Part shown: in pieces, positions 37,289 to 47,076 of the stretch
Position numbering within the stretch: the first letter of the stretch is position 1
Layout: the number at the start of each line of letters is the position of its first letter
IMG/VR virus record: IMGVR_UViG_3300038976_000011
Span: 1-62,227 of that record
Source of the DNA: a virus
Taxonomy: Duplodnaviria; Caudoviricetes
Direction: 5' to 3' (one strand)
DNA: 62,227 nucleotides
Translations under genes and position numbers: made by a program
The notes under the pieces: generated by a model
Seen by the model: only the letters and a program-made list of their open reading frames with translations
The model's database searches: none
Told to the model about the DNA's origin: nothing

Positions 37289-38393
37289 GCGGTGGGTGGC
37301 GGACGCTACTCGAGCAGGCCCGTCGGCCGGTGTCGGCGGGGCAGGCGGTTTGGGACGGCCACTGGGCTCGCTGGCTGGCGATAGCACGCGCACTGAGGCC
37401 CTGTACGGGCCTAGACCGACACAACCAGCAGAGGGAGAACCAGACATGACCGTCCAACTGGGCGCATACGCCGAGGGGCGACGCGAAGCAGATGCAGAGC
37501 TGCTGCGCTACTACTCGGCGGCGCTGGACGAGATCTACGCACTGCGGGCCGCGCTCGCTTCCGAAGCACGGATCATCGAGGCACACCTGATGCAGGCGGC
37601 GGCCAAGTACGGCACGCGAGGTCGGGCGTACAGCACGGACCGGCACTACGACCGCAAGGCGGCGTTGCGATCCGCTGGAGCGGGCGAGTGCCTGGGTCGG
37701 TCGCAGTTCGAGCGCGAGGTAGACCGCTCAACGCCGAAGCGGGGGCAGGCATGACTGCGGGTGTGCCTAACGCCGGGGCTGAGCGCAACGGAGACGGCCT
37801 GTCAGGGGTTGGCCGGTACGCGGGGACACCCGAACCGGTACAGGGCAACTCAGCGGCCGAAGCGTGGGCGTCTGTTGAGGCGCTTGCCGCGCTGCTGGAG
37901 CCGGAGGCTTTCGACCCGGAACAACTGGCTGACGAGGGCTGGCGGGAGCGGACGCAGAACACGGCACTCGGGTATGCGGGGCTGGTGATCGCGGCCGGCT
38001 ATCGGCGGGTGGTCGAAGACGACGACACCATCGAACGAGTAGCCCGCATTCTGCATGACCGTCTCTGCGACCGCGCTGATGGCGATGAAGCGTGCGAGGA
38101 CTACGACGACCACCGATGGTGGAAGGCCGACGCTCGGGCTGTTGTTCGGGCTCTCCGAGAGGACACGTGATGGCCGAACGCTGCGAGATGGAGCTGTGCC
38201 CGAACTGGGCTGGTGACGACGGATGCCCGTGCGCGGTCCTCCACTTGGAGCGCCCCACCATCCCGATCTCGACCCTGACCGGCCGACCCTGTACCGGCCA
38301 CCCTGTAGACGAGCGGTGCATCGAGTGCGTCGACGACGACCAAAAAGTCACGATCGACGACGGCTACGTCCACTTCGGCCGAGGAGACAAGCC

Positions 38394-38735
38394 GTGACCC
38401 GCATCTACATCGCCGGGCCGATCACTGGCCGTCCCGACCTGAACCGGGCCGCGTTCGCCGCCGCCGACGAGAGGCTTCGCAAGCTGGGGCATGACGTGGT
38501 CAACCCCCACGACATCCCCCCACGCCAGCACTCCGGCCCGTGCCCTGCCTCGTATGCGGTCAACGTGGAGGACGGGCACTCCGCGGCCTGCTACCTACGG
38601 CCCTGCATGGCAGCCCTGTTGACCTGCGACAGGGTGTACATGCTGCTGGGTTGGACCGACAGTGAGGGGGCATGCAGGGAGCACGAGCTGGCGGGGTGGG
38701 CGGGTATCCCGGTCACGTACGAGGAGGACGAGTGA
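38394..38735 (+). CDS. DUF4406 (nucleoside deoxyribosyltransferase-like) protein
   Basis: RIYIAGPITG...N..AF...VVNP...GWTDSEGACRE. Confidence 0.85.
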   Translation: MTRIYIAGPITGRPDLNRAAFAAADERLRKLGHDVVNPHDIPPRQHSGPCPASYAVNVEDGHSAACYLRPCMAALLTCDRVYMLLGWTDSEGACREHELAGWAGIPVTYEEDE

Positions 38736-38737
38736 CC

Positions 38738-38956
38738 TCAACTGGCCCGCTCGGCGCGACGTGCCCGGACCGCGTTGGCGATCATGCGGAGTCGTTCGCG
38801 GCTCATGCCGGTGATGTCCATCAGTGCGCGGTAGGGGACCTTGGCGTCGAGTGCGTCGGTGATGGTCTCGTGGAGTGCGCGGACGGCGGCGTCGTCGGCG
38901 GCTTTGGTGGCCGTCCGGTTGGCGTAGGCGTGTGCGACGTCGTCGGGGCTGCTCAT
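38738..38956 (-). CDS. Small HTH repressor (72 aa)
   Basis: VPYRALMDITGMSRERLRMIA helix-turn-helix; divergent from the 39000 promoter. Confidence 0.7.
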   Translation of the reverse strand: MSSPDDVAHAYANRTATKAADDAAVRALHETITDALDAKVPYRALMDITGMSRERLRMIANAVRARRAERAS

Positions 38957-38985
38957 GGCCTTAGTGTGACACCGTGTGGGTGCCC

Positions 38986-39028
38986 ATGCCAATAGGGGCT
39001 TGCATGCCCAGTCGAGTTGGCATAGACT
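38986..39028 (+). promoter_or_regulatory. Rightward promoter with two tandem imperfect palindromic operators
   Basis: TTGCAT-N17-TAGACT; ATGCCAA-N6-CTTGCAT and ATGCCCA-N6-TTGGCAT. Confidence 0.65.
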
Positions 39029-39067
39029 GGGTACAGCAAGCAGGACAGAGACACCAAGGAGGCAGAG

Positions 39068-39247
39068 ATGGCGAACGAAGACCAGAGCCTGGAGGACCTG
39101 ACCACCGTGTCCGGGCAGCTGCTGGGCCGGCTGGCGGACGCCGCGCCGGACGTGGCGAACGACATCATCAACGACCTGCCGGCCGGGCAGCAGCAGGCGG
39201 CTCGGGAGGCGGTGTCGACCGGGCGCTGGTGGAACAAGCTGGGCTGA
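39068..39247 (+). CDS. Small hypothetical protein (59 aa)
   Basis: AAGGAGG RBS; MANEDQSLEDL...WWNKLG; followed by a GGGGCCCG/CGGGCCCC hairpin. Confidence 0.65.
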   Translation: MANEDQSLEDLTTVSGQLLGRLADAAPDVANDIINDLPAGQQQAAREAVSTGRWWNKLG

Positions 39248-39283
39248 CGGTTCGGGGCCCGTGTCAGAGCGGGCCCCACTCAT

Positions 39284-39381
39284 CTCACTGCCGGGCGTGG
39301 ATGCCGGTGACCGGGCTTGTTCCCCGGAAGACTCGGGCTGTTGGCCAGCTCGACACGCGGGTTCGATACCCGCCGGTGAGG
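39284..39381 (+). ncRNA. tRNA-like cloverleaf (long variable arm, TGT at the anticodon position, non-canonical)
   Basis: Acceptor CTCACTG/CGGTGAG; D-like arm with GG; CCGGG-CTTGTTC-CCCGG; 8-bp variable stem; GCGGG-TTCGATA-CCCGC. Confidence 0.6.
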
Positions 39382-39416
39382 CTGTACTGCACACCCTTCC
39401 ACCTGAGGAGACACAC

Positions 39417-39665
39417 ATGACGACCATGACCCGGCCCGGTGACCCGGCCGTGAACGCGATCATCGGGGGGTTGGAGCTGCTGGCGGTGACCAACCAGGGG
39501 GGTGTCTTCCAGGTGCGCGAAACGCGGGGGTTCGCCACGGTGGGCCGGATCGTGCGGGACTGCGTGGACGGCGTGTGGACGGTGCTGGACGTGCGGGGGC
39601 GGCGGGTGTTGTCGGCGTCGACGTTGCGGGACGCGGCGGTCGAGTTCGACCGGCGTTTGGCCTGA
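39417..39665 (+). CDS. Hypothetical protein
   Basis: GAGGAG RBS before MTTMTRPG. Confidence 0.55.
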   Translation: MTTMTRPGDPAVNAIIGGLELLAVTNQGGVFQVRETRGFATVGRIVRDCVDGVWTVLDVRGRRVLSASTLRDAAVEFDRRLA

Positions 39666-39686
39666 CCCCGAGAGAGGCAAACAGAC

Positions 39687-39995
39687 ATGGACATGCAGAC
39701 GCCGAGCGGCAAGAACTGCGTCACCTGCGGTCGGGGCCTGATGCTCGGGGAATCCGTGTGGCAGTCGCCGGTCACCCACAACATCACCTCTGACGGGGTC
39801 AGGTCCACGGTGGACTACGAGTGCGACGGGTGCCACGACCTGGGTGACTGGGTGCGGTCACTGCTGCCGTCCGGCTATCAGGGATACGTGGAGGCGGTCA
39901 CGTCGGTCCGGGAGCGGATGGCCTGGTCGTTGCAGCAGTCGGCGGAGTTCGTGAAGGCGATCAAGAGGGAGTCGGCCAGTGTCCGACATGGATGA
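39687..39995 (+). CDS. Zinc-ribbon hypothetical protein
   Basis: CVTC...CDGC. Confidence 0.55.
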   Translation: MDMQTPSGKNCVTCGRGLMLGESVWQSPVTHNITSDGVRSTVDYECDGCHDLGDWVRSLLPSGYQGYVEAVTSVRERMAWSLQQSAEFVKAIKRESASVRHG

Positions 39996-40222
39996 GTTCG
40001 ACGTGCAGATGCAGGGGTATGTGGCTCAGTTGGTGTCCGACCGCGACGTCGCGGTCCGAGCCGCGCGGAACGAGGATCTGTCGGAGGTTGCGCAGACGCG
40101 AGCGCAATGCCAGTCGGACTCGTTGCGGTGGGCATTGTCCTACCTGCACACGTGGACAAGGGGTCGGTACGGGCAGCCGCTCGCCGATCAGCCCGACTGG
40201 CGGACGAAGGTGGGCGAGTCCG

Positions 40223-40447
40223 ATGGTTGAGCTGTGGCAGACGACGTCTCCTCGCAGAGTCGGTGCTGGTCATGTGGATGACCGGGGCTATGTGGTGGGG
40301 GCGGGGGCGAAAGGGTCGGTGTCGGAGCGGCGGCGGGCGGCTAGGTTCGTGGCCAGCTCAGCGCGGGATGCAGGGGATGCCGTGCTGCTCCTGCAGGCGC
40401 TCGGGCTCGAAGCGGTTGAGGGCAAGAGGACGGAGCAGGTGGCATGA
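40223..40447 (+). CDS. Hypothetical protein
   Basis: Coupled ORF ending in an ATGA overlap. Confidence 0.55.
   Translation: MVELWQTTSPRRVGAGHVDDRGYVVGAGAKGSVSERRRAARFVASSARDAGDAVLLLQALGLEAVEGKRTEQVA
40263..40359 (+). repeat. 97-bp exact direct repeat, copy 1 (copy 2 at 41255-41351), with diverged extension
   Basis: Direct comparison of the two segments. Confidence 0.92.
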
Positions 40448-41254
40448 CCGGGTTTGAGGAGGCGAAGGACCGCGCCGAGTTCTGCCTGACCTACGACCGC
40501 TGCGACCCCCGTGAGTTCAGCGAGGACCTGTTGATGGGGCCAAGCATCCCGAACGCGTTCGGTGACGGTCTCGCGCCGGGGGACTGGCAGAGCGGCGAGT
40601 GGCCTGCCGAGGACGCCGACGAGGAGACGTGTAAGCGGATGGCGGACCTGTATCGGCGGGCGGTTCGGCGTGACGCGGAGTTGATCCGGGACCTGGATCG
40701 GCGGTTGGAGCATGCCACGTTGCCGCTGCCACCTCCGGTGGATCAGTCGTGGCTTCGGGTGGAGGGCACATGACCGGCTTCAGGCTTAGGGAGGATCAGA
40801 TGACCCGCTGGTATGTGACGATCGGCGCGGGTTGCGCGGTCGCGATCGCCGCTGCGATCTGGCTGATGGCCGAGGGGCTCGCAGGGCGGGTGCCCACTCT
40901 GGGTGTTGGCCTAGGGCCGGTGGGTGCGCTCATCTCGGCCGTCGGGGTGGCCGGCATGCGACGCGAGGACAAGCGGGAGTTGGCGCGCCTGCGCGAGGAG
41001 ATCCGCCAGGGCGAACTCAGGCAGGCGTCCGCGACACGGTATGCCCCGTTCGACTCTGGTCCCGCTGCCCACATCGCCCAACCTCGGGAGGACGCATGAC
41101 CGACGCTGAGGACTACGCAAGCGAGACTGCTGAACTGGTTGTGGCGTTCATCGACGACCACCCGGAGCTGCTACCGCACGCCGACGTACTGGCCGGCTTC
41201 GCCGCGATGATGGTGCATCAGGTCACCCAAGTGGTCGACGAGCAGGTGAAGAAC

Positions 41255-41436
41255 GTGCTGGTCATGTGGATGACCGGGGCTATGTGGTGGGGGCGGGGGC
41301 GAAAGGGTCGGTGTCGGAGCGGCGGCGGGCGGCTAGGTTCGTGGCCAGCTCGGCGCGGGATGCGGGGGATGCCGCGCTACTCCTCGACATGCTCGGGCTG
41401 GACCCCGCAGAGGCAAGGACGGAGACGGCGGCATGA
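41255..41436 (+). pseudogene. Start-less second copy of the 40223-40447 gene, joined out of frame to the 41096 ORF
   Basis: The homologous frame ends at TGA 41434-41436, coupled to ATG 41433, but lacks its 5' end. Confidence 0.6.
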
Positions 41437-42889
41437 GAGAGCGGAAGCACTTCGACGCGGGCAGCGGCGAGCACCTCGGTGAGGCGCTGAGTTGGCTGCT
41501 GGAGTCCCGGCACGTGGACCTCGACGTGAAGGACCACTTCTGGCACATCGCGGACGGCTCCCCGTGTGACTGCGAGGAGGAGGGCCGTGTGGAGGCTCGC
41601 GAGGGTCGGGACGGAACGGAGACAGCAGCATGATCACACTGGTGTGGGTTTGGTTGGGTGTTGTGCTCGGTGTCCCCGTGTTGGTGGGGGTCGTGTCCTG
41701 GCGGGGTGGTGACGATGAGTGATCTGATGATCTACGGCGTGGTGATGTTCGTTGCGGGCTCGGTGTGTGAGCGGCTGTTCGCGGCGAGGATCACCGCGGC
41801 CGGTGTCCGTTCGGCTGAGTGGGTAGCACGAAAGCTTGGGTGGCGCAGGTGACGGCCGCCGCTGCTCCGGTTCGTTGGTACGGTCCCGTGCGCGTAGCCC
41901 TGTTGCTCACCGTGCTCTTCACCCTGTCAGGGTGCGGGTGGGTGGTGTCCACGGTCAACTCCAACGTGGTGACCTGTGTGTGGGACGACGACACCAGCAA
42001 GGTGAAGACGGTCAACTTGGATGCGTTCGCGGCTCAGTTCCTTGCGCCGGGGGATGACTGTCCGGAGAGTGACCAATGACCGAGCGTATGTCGTACCACG
42101 CCGAGGTGTGGCGTCAGCGTCAGGTGGAGAACGACGCACGCTGGGAGCAGACGAACCGTGAGTTGCGCGCCTGGGACGATCGGATGAAGGCGGCTACTAC
42201 GGCGGAAGAGTTCGAGGCGTTGGTCCGTTGGCGGCCAGGAGAGAGGCTGCCGTGACTGGGGTGACCACGATGACGCTGGAAGTCACCGCCTGTACTCCAC
42301 CGCAGCTCGCGGTGATGGTCGCAGGCCAGCGAGTGCGGCTGCCACCCGCGCACCCGAGTCTGGACCGTATCGACCTGGTCGTTGAGGCGACCGAGCACGG
42401 CCGGACATCGGTAGTGGTTCTTGCGGGGGTGCCCGCGTCCGTACCATCGGTGCCGATCTTGACCTGCAACTGGAGTCGCACCGAGGTGCCGCTGGCGCAG
42501 GTGTTGGTCAGAGCGGGGCAGGTCCAGATCGCGCAGGTGGACATCCACCCGCCTGACGCTGATGTGGTAGCGCGGGCCCGCCGTATAGACGAGGCGGTGA
42601 ACCGTCGATACGAGGCGGGCGGCGCGGTTACCCCGTCGTTCTTCCCCATCATGCCGCTGCGGTTGGGGCCTGGTCAGCGAGTGGGAACGCCGTTCAAGCG
42701 GAGCACCACCAGCCGGTCGGGAACACGTAGACCGCCGATGCCACCCAGGCACGAGGTGGTCACGTTAGAGGCTGGCCTGTTCACCGTCCGAGGCTGGCTA
42801 CTCGCGACGATCGACCGGGTCCTCGCGGAGGCCGTGGCCCGCGAGTTCGACCGCATCGACCCGCTGCCACCCGAGGACGGAGAGACCCC

Positions 42890-43549
42890 ATGAGCTTGCT
42901 CTGCGTCTGCTGCTCGACTCCCCGCAAGCCCCGCCGCGCCCCGGACGGCTACCGCACCTGCAACTCGTGTGCGGACCGTCTGCGGGAGGCTCTGGTGGAG
43001 ATCCCCGCCCAGTACGCCCGGCTGACGGATGTGGAGGCCCTGCTGCCGGGTAGCGGTGATGAGGGTCGCCGCGGGCCTGGGTTCGGGTCGAGGTCGCCGG
43101 CGAGGGATGTGGTGATCGCGGTGACGGACTGGCGTACCACGTGGGCTGAGGACTCCCGTCTGCATCACCCCCCGTCGATCTTGAACGCGTGGGCGTCGAT
43201 GGTGCGTGACCAGGTGGGTGAGAAGCCCCCGCCCGGCCCACCCGTGTGCAACGTGGAGGCGGCCCTGCTGGTCCGCCGGTTGGATCACGTGACCCGTCAG
43301 GAGTGGGTGGCGGACATGTGGACCGAGCTCCACGAGGTCGTCAACCAGCTGCGGACGATCGCCGGCGAACCCCGCCCGTTGCCGATCGGACGCTGCCCCA
43401 CCGTCGTGGACGACACCGTCGGCAAGACGTGCGGCACCCCGCTGTATGTGCGGCAGGGCACGGACACCATCACCTGCCGGGGCTGCGACAGGGTGTGGGA
43501 GCGACGGGAGTGGCTGCATCTGGGCAGGACGATGGGAGTAGTCGCATGA
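42890..43549 (+). CDS. Double zinc-ribbon protein, candidate late transcription regulator
   Basis: CVCC/CNSC and GRCP...CG..L...CRGC...W motifs; late-early position. Confidence 0.55.
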   Translation: MSLLCVCCSTPRKPRRAPDGYRTCNSCADRLREALVEIPAQYARLTDVEALLPGSGDEGRRGPGFGSRSPARDVVIAVTDWRTTWAEDSRLHHPPSILNAWASMVRDQVGEKPPPGPPVCNVEAALLVRRLDHVTRQEWVADMWTELHEVVNQLRTIAGEPRPLPIGRCPTVVDDTVGKTCGTPLYVRQGTDTITCRGCDRVWERREWLHLGRTMGVVA

Positions 43550-43860
43550 GTGACCCCACGGCGTGGCTGCTGGAACAGATCGCCGAGGATCGCCGGCGCG
43601 CCAACGCTGCGGACCGGCCGAGGCTTCTGGACGCGATCCGGCTGCCGCGCCGCTGGCGTGACTACTTCCTGACCTGGTCACCAGCGCGCATGCGAGACGA
43701 GTGCGCCTCGAAGCGGCGAATCGTCGAGGTCTCCGCAAGCACGGTCCGCACGCACAAGCTGTGCACACGCTGCGTCACATGTGTGACGGTCCGGGAGTTG
43801 ACGCAGCCGTATGCGGACCGCGTCGGCTACCTCGACGAGTGGCATCCCGCCGAACGATAG
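43546..43860 (+). CDS. DUF6221-like protein
   Basis: AWLLEQIAED...PARMRDECASKRRIV...PYADRVGY..EW. Confidence 0.75.
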   Translation: MSDPTAWLLEQIAEDRRRANAADRPRLLDAIRLPRRWRDYFLTWSPARMRDECASKRRIVEVSASTVRTHKLCTRCVTCVTVRELTQPYADRVGYLDEWHPAER

Positions 43861-44144
43861 GAGTAGGGGAATGACAACCAGTAACCAAACCGACGAGGTC
43901 CAGGCGTTGAAGGACCACGGTCAGGCCGGAAGGCTGCTGCCTGTGACCGGCTCATACGCCACCTGGCGGGTCTCGATATGGGATGTCGGAATCTTCCTGC
44001 TCCTGGATGTCGGGGTGGCGTTGACGCTCATCGGCGTCGCCCGCACCGTGCCGGCGCTGGCGGTGGTGGGTGGTGTGGCTGCCGGGCTCGCTGGGGTAGG
44101 CCTGCTGGCCGGTCTCGTCAAGGCAGCGTTCGGGAAGGACACGC

Positions 44145-44438
44145 ATGTCGGATGACCTCGCAGCCTGGCTGCTGGAGCAGATCGCCCAAGACGAGCGGGA
44201 GAACTCCGCCGCCGATGAGCCGCCCGACTGGTGTGATCGCAGCGCTGGGGCGCACTACGAGTACGACCGAATTCTGGCTGAGTGCGAAGCCAAACGGGGG
44301 ATCGTCGAAGCGTGCCGACCATACGCGGTCCGGTACTTCTCAACGGATGGTGAGGCTGTTGCTTGGGGTGTCCTAACGACTCTTACGCTGCCCTACGTCG
44401 ACCGGCCCGGTTACCGACAGGAGTGGGCGCTGACATGA
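44145..44438 (+). CDS. DUF6221-like protein (paralog)
   Basis: AWLLEQIAQD...RILAECEAKRGIV...PYVDRPGYRQEW. Confidence 0.75.
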   Translation: MSDDLAAWLLEQIAQDERENSAADEPPDWCDRSAGAHYEYDRILAECEAKRGIVEACRPYAVRYFSTDGEAVAWGVLTTLTLPYVDRPGYRQEWALT

Positions 44439-44872
44439 CCCTGGAAGCAACGCTCGCGGCTATCGACGAACTCGCCGTCGATGTGTGTGGGCAGTGCGAC
44501 CGGCCGCTCCACCCGGGCGGCCCGTCCCCCGACTTCTGCGACGCTGCGTGTCAGGAGGCGTGGACGCGTCACCGGAACGAGGTACAGGAGCTGATCGGGT
44601 ATCAGGAACCGACCGACCTGTCCGTCTACGTCGGTAACCAGCGGGAGATGGAAAGCCCGGAGACGACCCCACGCTACGGCGAGTGGCCACGCGAGTATCC
44701 CGTCGAAGTCTCCGTGACCCGCGACGAGGTCACATTCCTCGACGGCTTCTGGGTGTTCTCGAGCGACTACTACCGCCGCCGGTGGCGTACGTGAGACCTT
44801 CGGTCGCTGAAACACCTGCTCACTCCATCTACACTGGACCCCACAGGGGTGGAGCGCAGGGGAGGAGCCGGC

Positions 44873-45073
44873 ATGAAGGTCGTCCCGGTCACCAAGGAGC
44901 TGGTGCTGATGGACCGGCAGGCGTTGGCGCAGTGGACCCGCAGGTCGGCTCACACGATCCGCGCCAAGTGCCCGGTCCACTCCTACGACGAGCAGGGCCG
45001 CGCCATGTACGACGTCGGCGAGTGCGAACGCATCCTCTTGACGATCCACCGCAGCGGCCGACACGCCGCGTGA
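44873..45073 (+). CDS. Small HTH-like DNA-binding protein
   Basis: DRQALAQWTRRSAHTIR...GRAMYD; immediately before the late promoter. Confidence 0.55.
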   Translation: MKVVPVTKELVLMDRQALAQWTRRSAHTIRAKCPVHSYDEQGRAMYDVGECERILLTIHRSGRHAA

Positions 45074-45081
45074 CCAGTAAC

Positions 45082-45110
45082 TTGACAGCGCGCGATAGCA
45101 CCCGCATTAT
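45082..45110 (+). promoter_or_regulatory. Putative late promoter
   Basis: TTGACA-N17-CATTAT. Confidence 0.65.
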
Positions 45111-45153
45111 GCGAGCATGTTGTTACCTGTCACAGCAGGTGACACGTCCCCAC

Positions 45154-45182
45154 CGAGGCCCCCGAGCGGGGCTTTCGTCATG
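45154..45182 (+). terminator. Terminator-like hairpin downstream of the late promoter
   Basis: CGAGGCCCC-CGAGC-GGGGCTTTCG followed by TCATGT. Confidence 0.5.
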
Positions 45183-46173
45183 TGTAGGGCAGGTGATGTC
45201 CTCATGACCGCGTCCCTCAACCACGCACCTGCCATCACCGGGTTGCAGATCAACATGCTGGCCACGTTGGCCCGGATCGACGACGCCTTGGACAGGGGTG
45301 ATCGTCGGGCGTTCATGGTGTGGGCGAAGCGTTGGCGGTCGCTGGCTTTGCGGGCGGAGAACCTGCTGCTGAAGATCGCAACCACCGAGGGGTGACCATG
45401 ACCTGGACCGCGCTACTCGTGCCCCTCTCCGGCCTCGCACTGGCTATCGGTGTACTCCTCGGCGGCCGTGCCCTCCAAGTCCTGGCTGTCCTGGCCGCGG
45501 TGGGCTTCGGTGTCGCTACCGTCCTCACCCTCACCAACCTCTAGGGCGTGGGCCATGGTCAACGGTGGGCCAAGGAACGACTGCCCCAAGCGGCAGTGCC
45601 GAGGTCGCAGAGACCACAGCACCATCGGGCACTGGACGCCCGTGTATCTGAGTGAGGTCTCCCACGTGGTGAAGGCCCACGCACTCGGACGCTGCCGCTG
45701 CCGTCGCTCACTGGTTGGGGACCTAGTGGACATCACATGGGGGACGTTGACCTACTTCGTCCGCGAGCACCGCCACCGATGACCTCGGACAGCGGTACCG
45801 AGGACACCGGAGACCAGTACCGGTGGTGCATCTACTGCCAAGCCGACTGCTGGCTAGAGCCCGAGAACCAACAGCACACCCCCTCCTGCCCCACCCTCAC
45901 AGGCGTGTACCCAGTCCTACCCCCAGGTGTGGGCTGTACCGCATGCCACGTGCGGCTCCACCCTGGTGACGTGTACACGCTGGCTGACGTGGACACAGAG
46001 ACAGTGAACGGCTGCCAGTCAGGGTTCGTGGTGTGCCTGGGCTGTGGTGCCATGGCTGTACCCATCAGGTAACACCCACACCTCCGACCTATCCACACCA
46101 CACAAGATCCAACTACCGGGATCGTCGGGCGCACACCACACACACACACGCAGACATCCGAGGACAGTGACCT

Positions 46174-46530
46174 ATGGCGCTACGTCCCTGCTTAGGCTGC
46201 GGCACACTCACCCCACACTCACGCTGCACCGCATGCAGCAACACCCGCATGCAACCACGCTGCCCACGACCCGACTACACATGGGCCGAGAGGCAACGCC
46301 GCAAGCACACAGTCGACCAACACGTCACCATCCACGGCTACCTGTGCCCAGGATGGGACAGACCAGCACACCCTGCACGTGACCTCACTGCCGACCACAT
46401 CACTCCCGTGGCGTCAGGAGCACCAGAGTCAGGACCACTCCAAGTCCTCTGTCGCAGATGCAACGCAGCCAAAGGCGACACCATCCCCACCCCACCAACA
46501 CGGGGGATTGACACCGCAACCGCAACCTGA
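46174..46530 (+). CDS. Terminase-associated HNH endonuclease
   Basis: TADHITPVASG...LQVLCRRCNAAKG; directly upstream of terS. Confidence 0.85.
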   Translation: MALRPCLGCGTLTPHSRCTACSNTRMQPRCPRPDYTWAERQRRKHTVDQHVTIHGYLCPGWDRPAHPARDLTADHITPVASGAPESGPLQVLCRRCNAAKGDTIPTPPTRGIDTATAT

Positions 46531-46621
46531 TAGTGGGGGCGGGTCGAAACTCCACAAGATCAGGCAGCGCGACCCCTTTCCCACCCTCCCCGAAATCTGT
46601 ACGGCCTGGAGGTGACGCAGC

Positions 46622-47038
46622 GTGGCGATGACTGTGCCGCCGAAGGATGCTCCGGCCAGGCGTAATACGCGGGTGGGTCCGGTGAGGTTGCCGGCTGAGG
46701 GTCGGCAGGGTCCGGTGCCGGTGTGGCCGTTGGTGGGGGAGCCGTTGGAGGCTGAGGTGGAGGCGTGGGCGCAGTTGTGGGCGACGCCTCAGGCGGTGGC
46801 GTGGGAGCGGTTTGGGTGGACGCGCACTGTGGGCCGGTATTGCCGGTTGATGGTGGCTGCGGAGGAGTTGGATGCGCCGGCGAAGGTTTTGTTGGAGGCT
46901 CGGCAGCTTGAGGATCGTTTGGGGTTGACTCCGCGGGCTATGCGGATGCTTTTGTGGGAGATCACCTCGGATGAGGTGGGGGAAATGCGTCCTCGTGTCG
47001 CTGGTAAGAGCGCCCGCGATCGTATGCGCGCTGTCTGA
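46622..47038 (+). CDS. terS: Terminase small subunit
   Basis: WAQLWATPQA..W...EARQLEDRLGLTP. Confidence 0.8.
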   Translation: MAMTVPPKDAPARRNTRVGPVRLPAEGRQGPVPVWPLVGEPLEAEVEAWAQLWATPQAVAWERFGWTRTVGRYCRLMVAAEELDAPAKVLLEARQLEDRLGLTPRAMRMLLWEITSDEVGEMRPRVAGKSARDRMRAV

Positions 47039-47076
47039 GGGGCGGCGGAGCTTCTGGTGGAGTGGAGGTCCGCACT

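Noticed and set aside
39284-39381. Call as a functional tRNA-Thr(UGU)
   Set aside because: It lacks U8 and purine 37, has an atypical D arm, and carries a long variable arm not found in Thr tRNAs; reported only as tRNA-like.
40263-41436. Repeat pair as a diversity-generating retroelement TR/VR
   Set aside because: No reverse transcriptase in the genome, mismatches are not confined to adenines, and the repeat is not at the 3' end of a receptor-binding gene.
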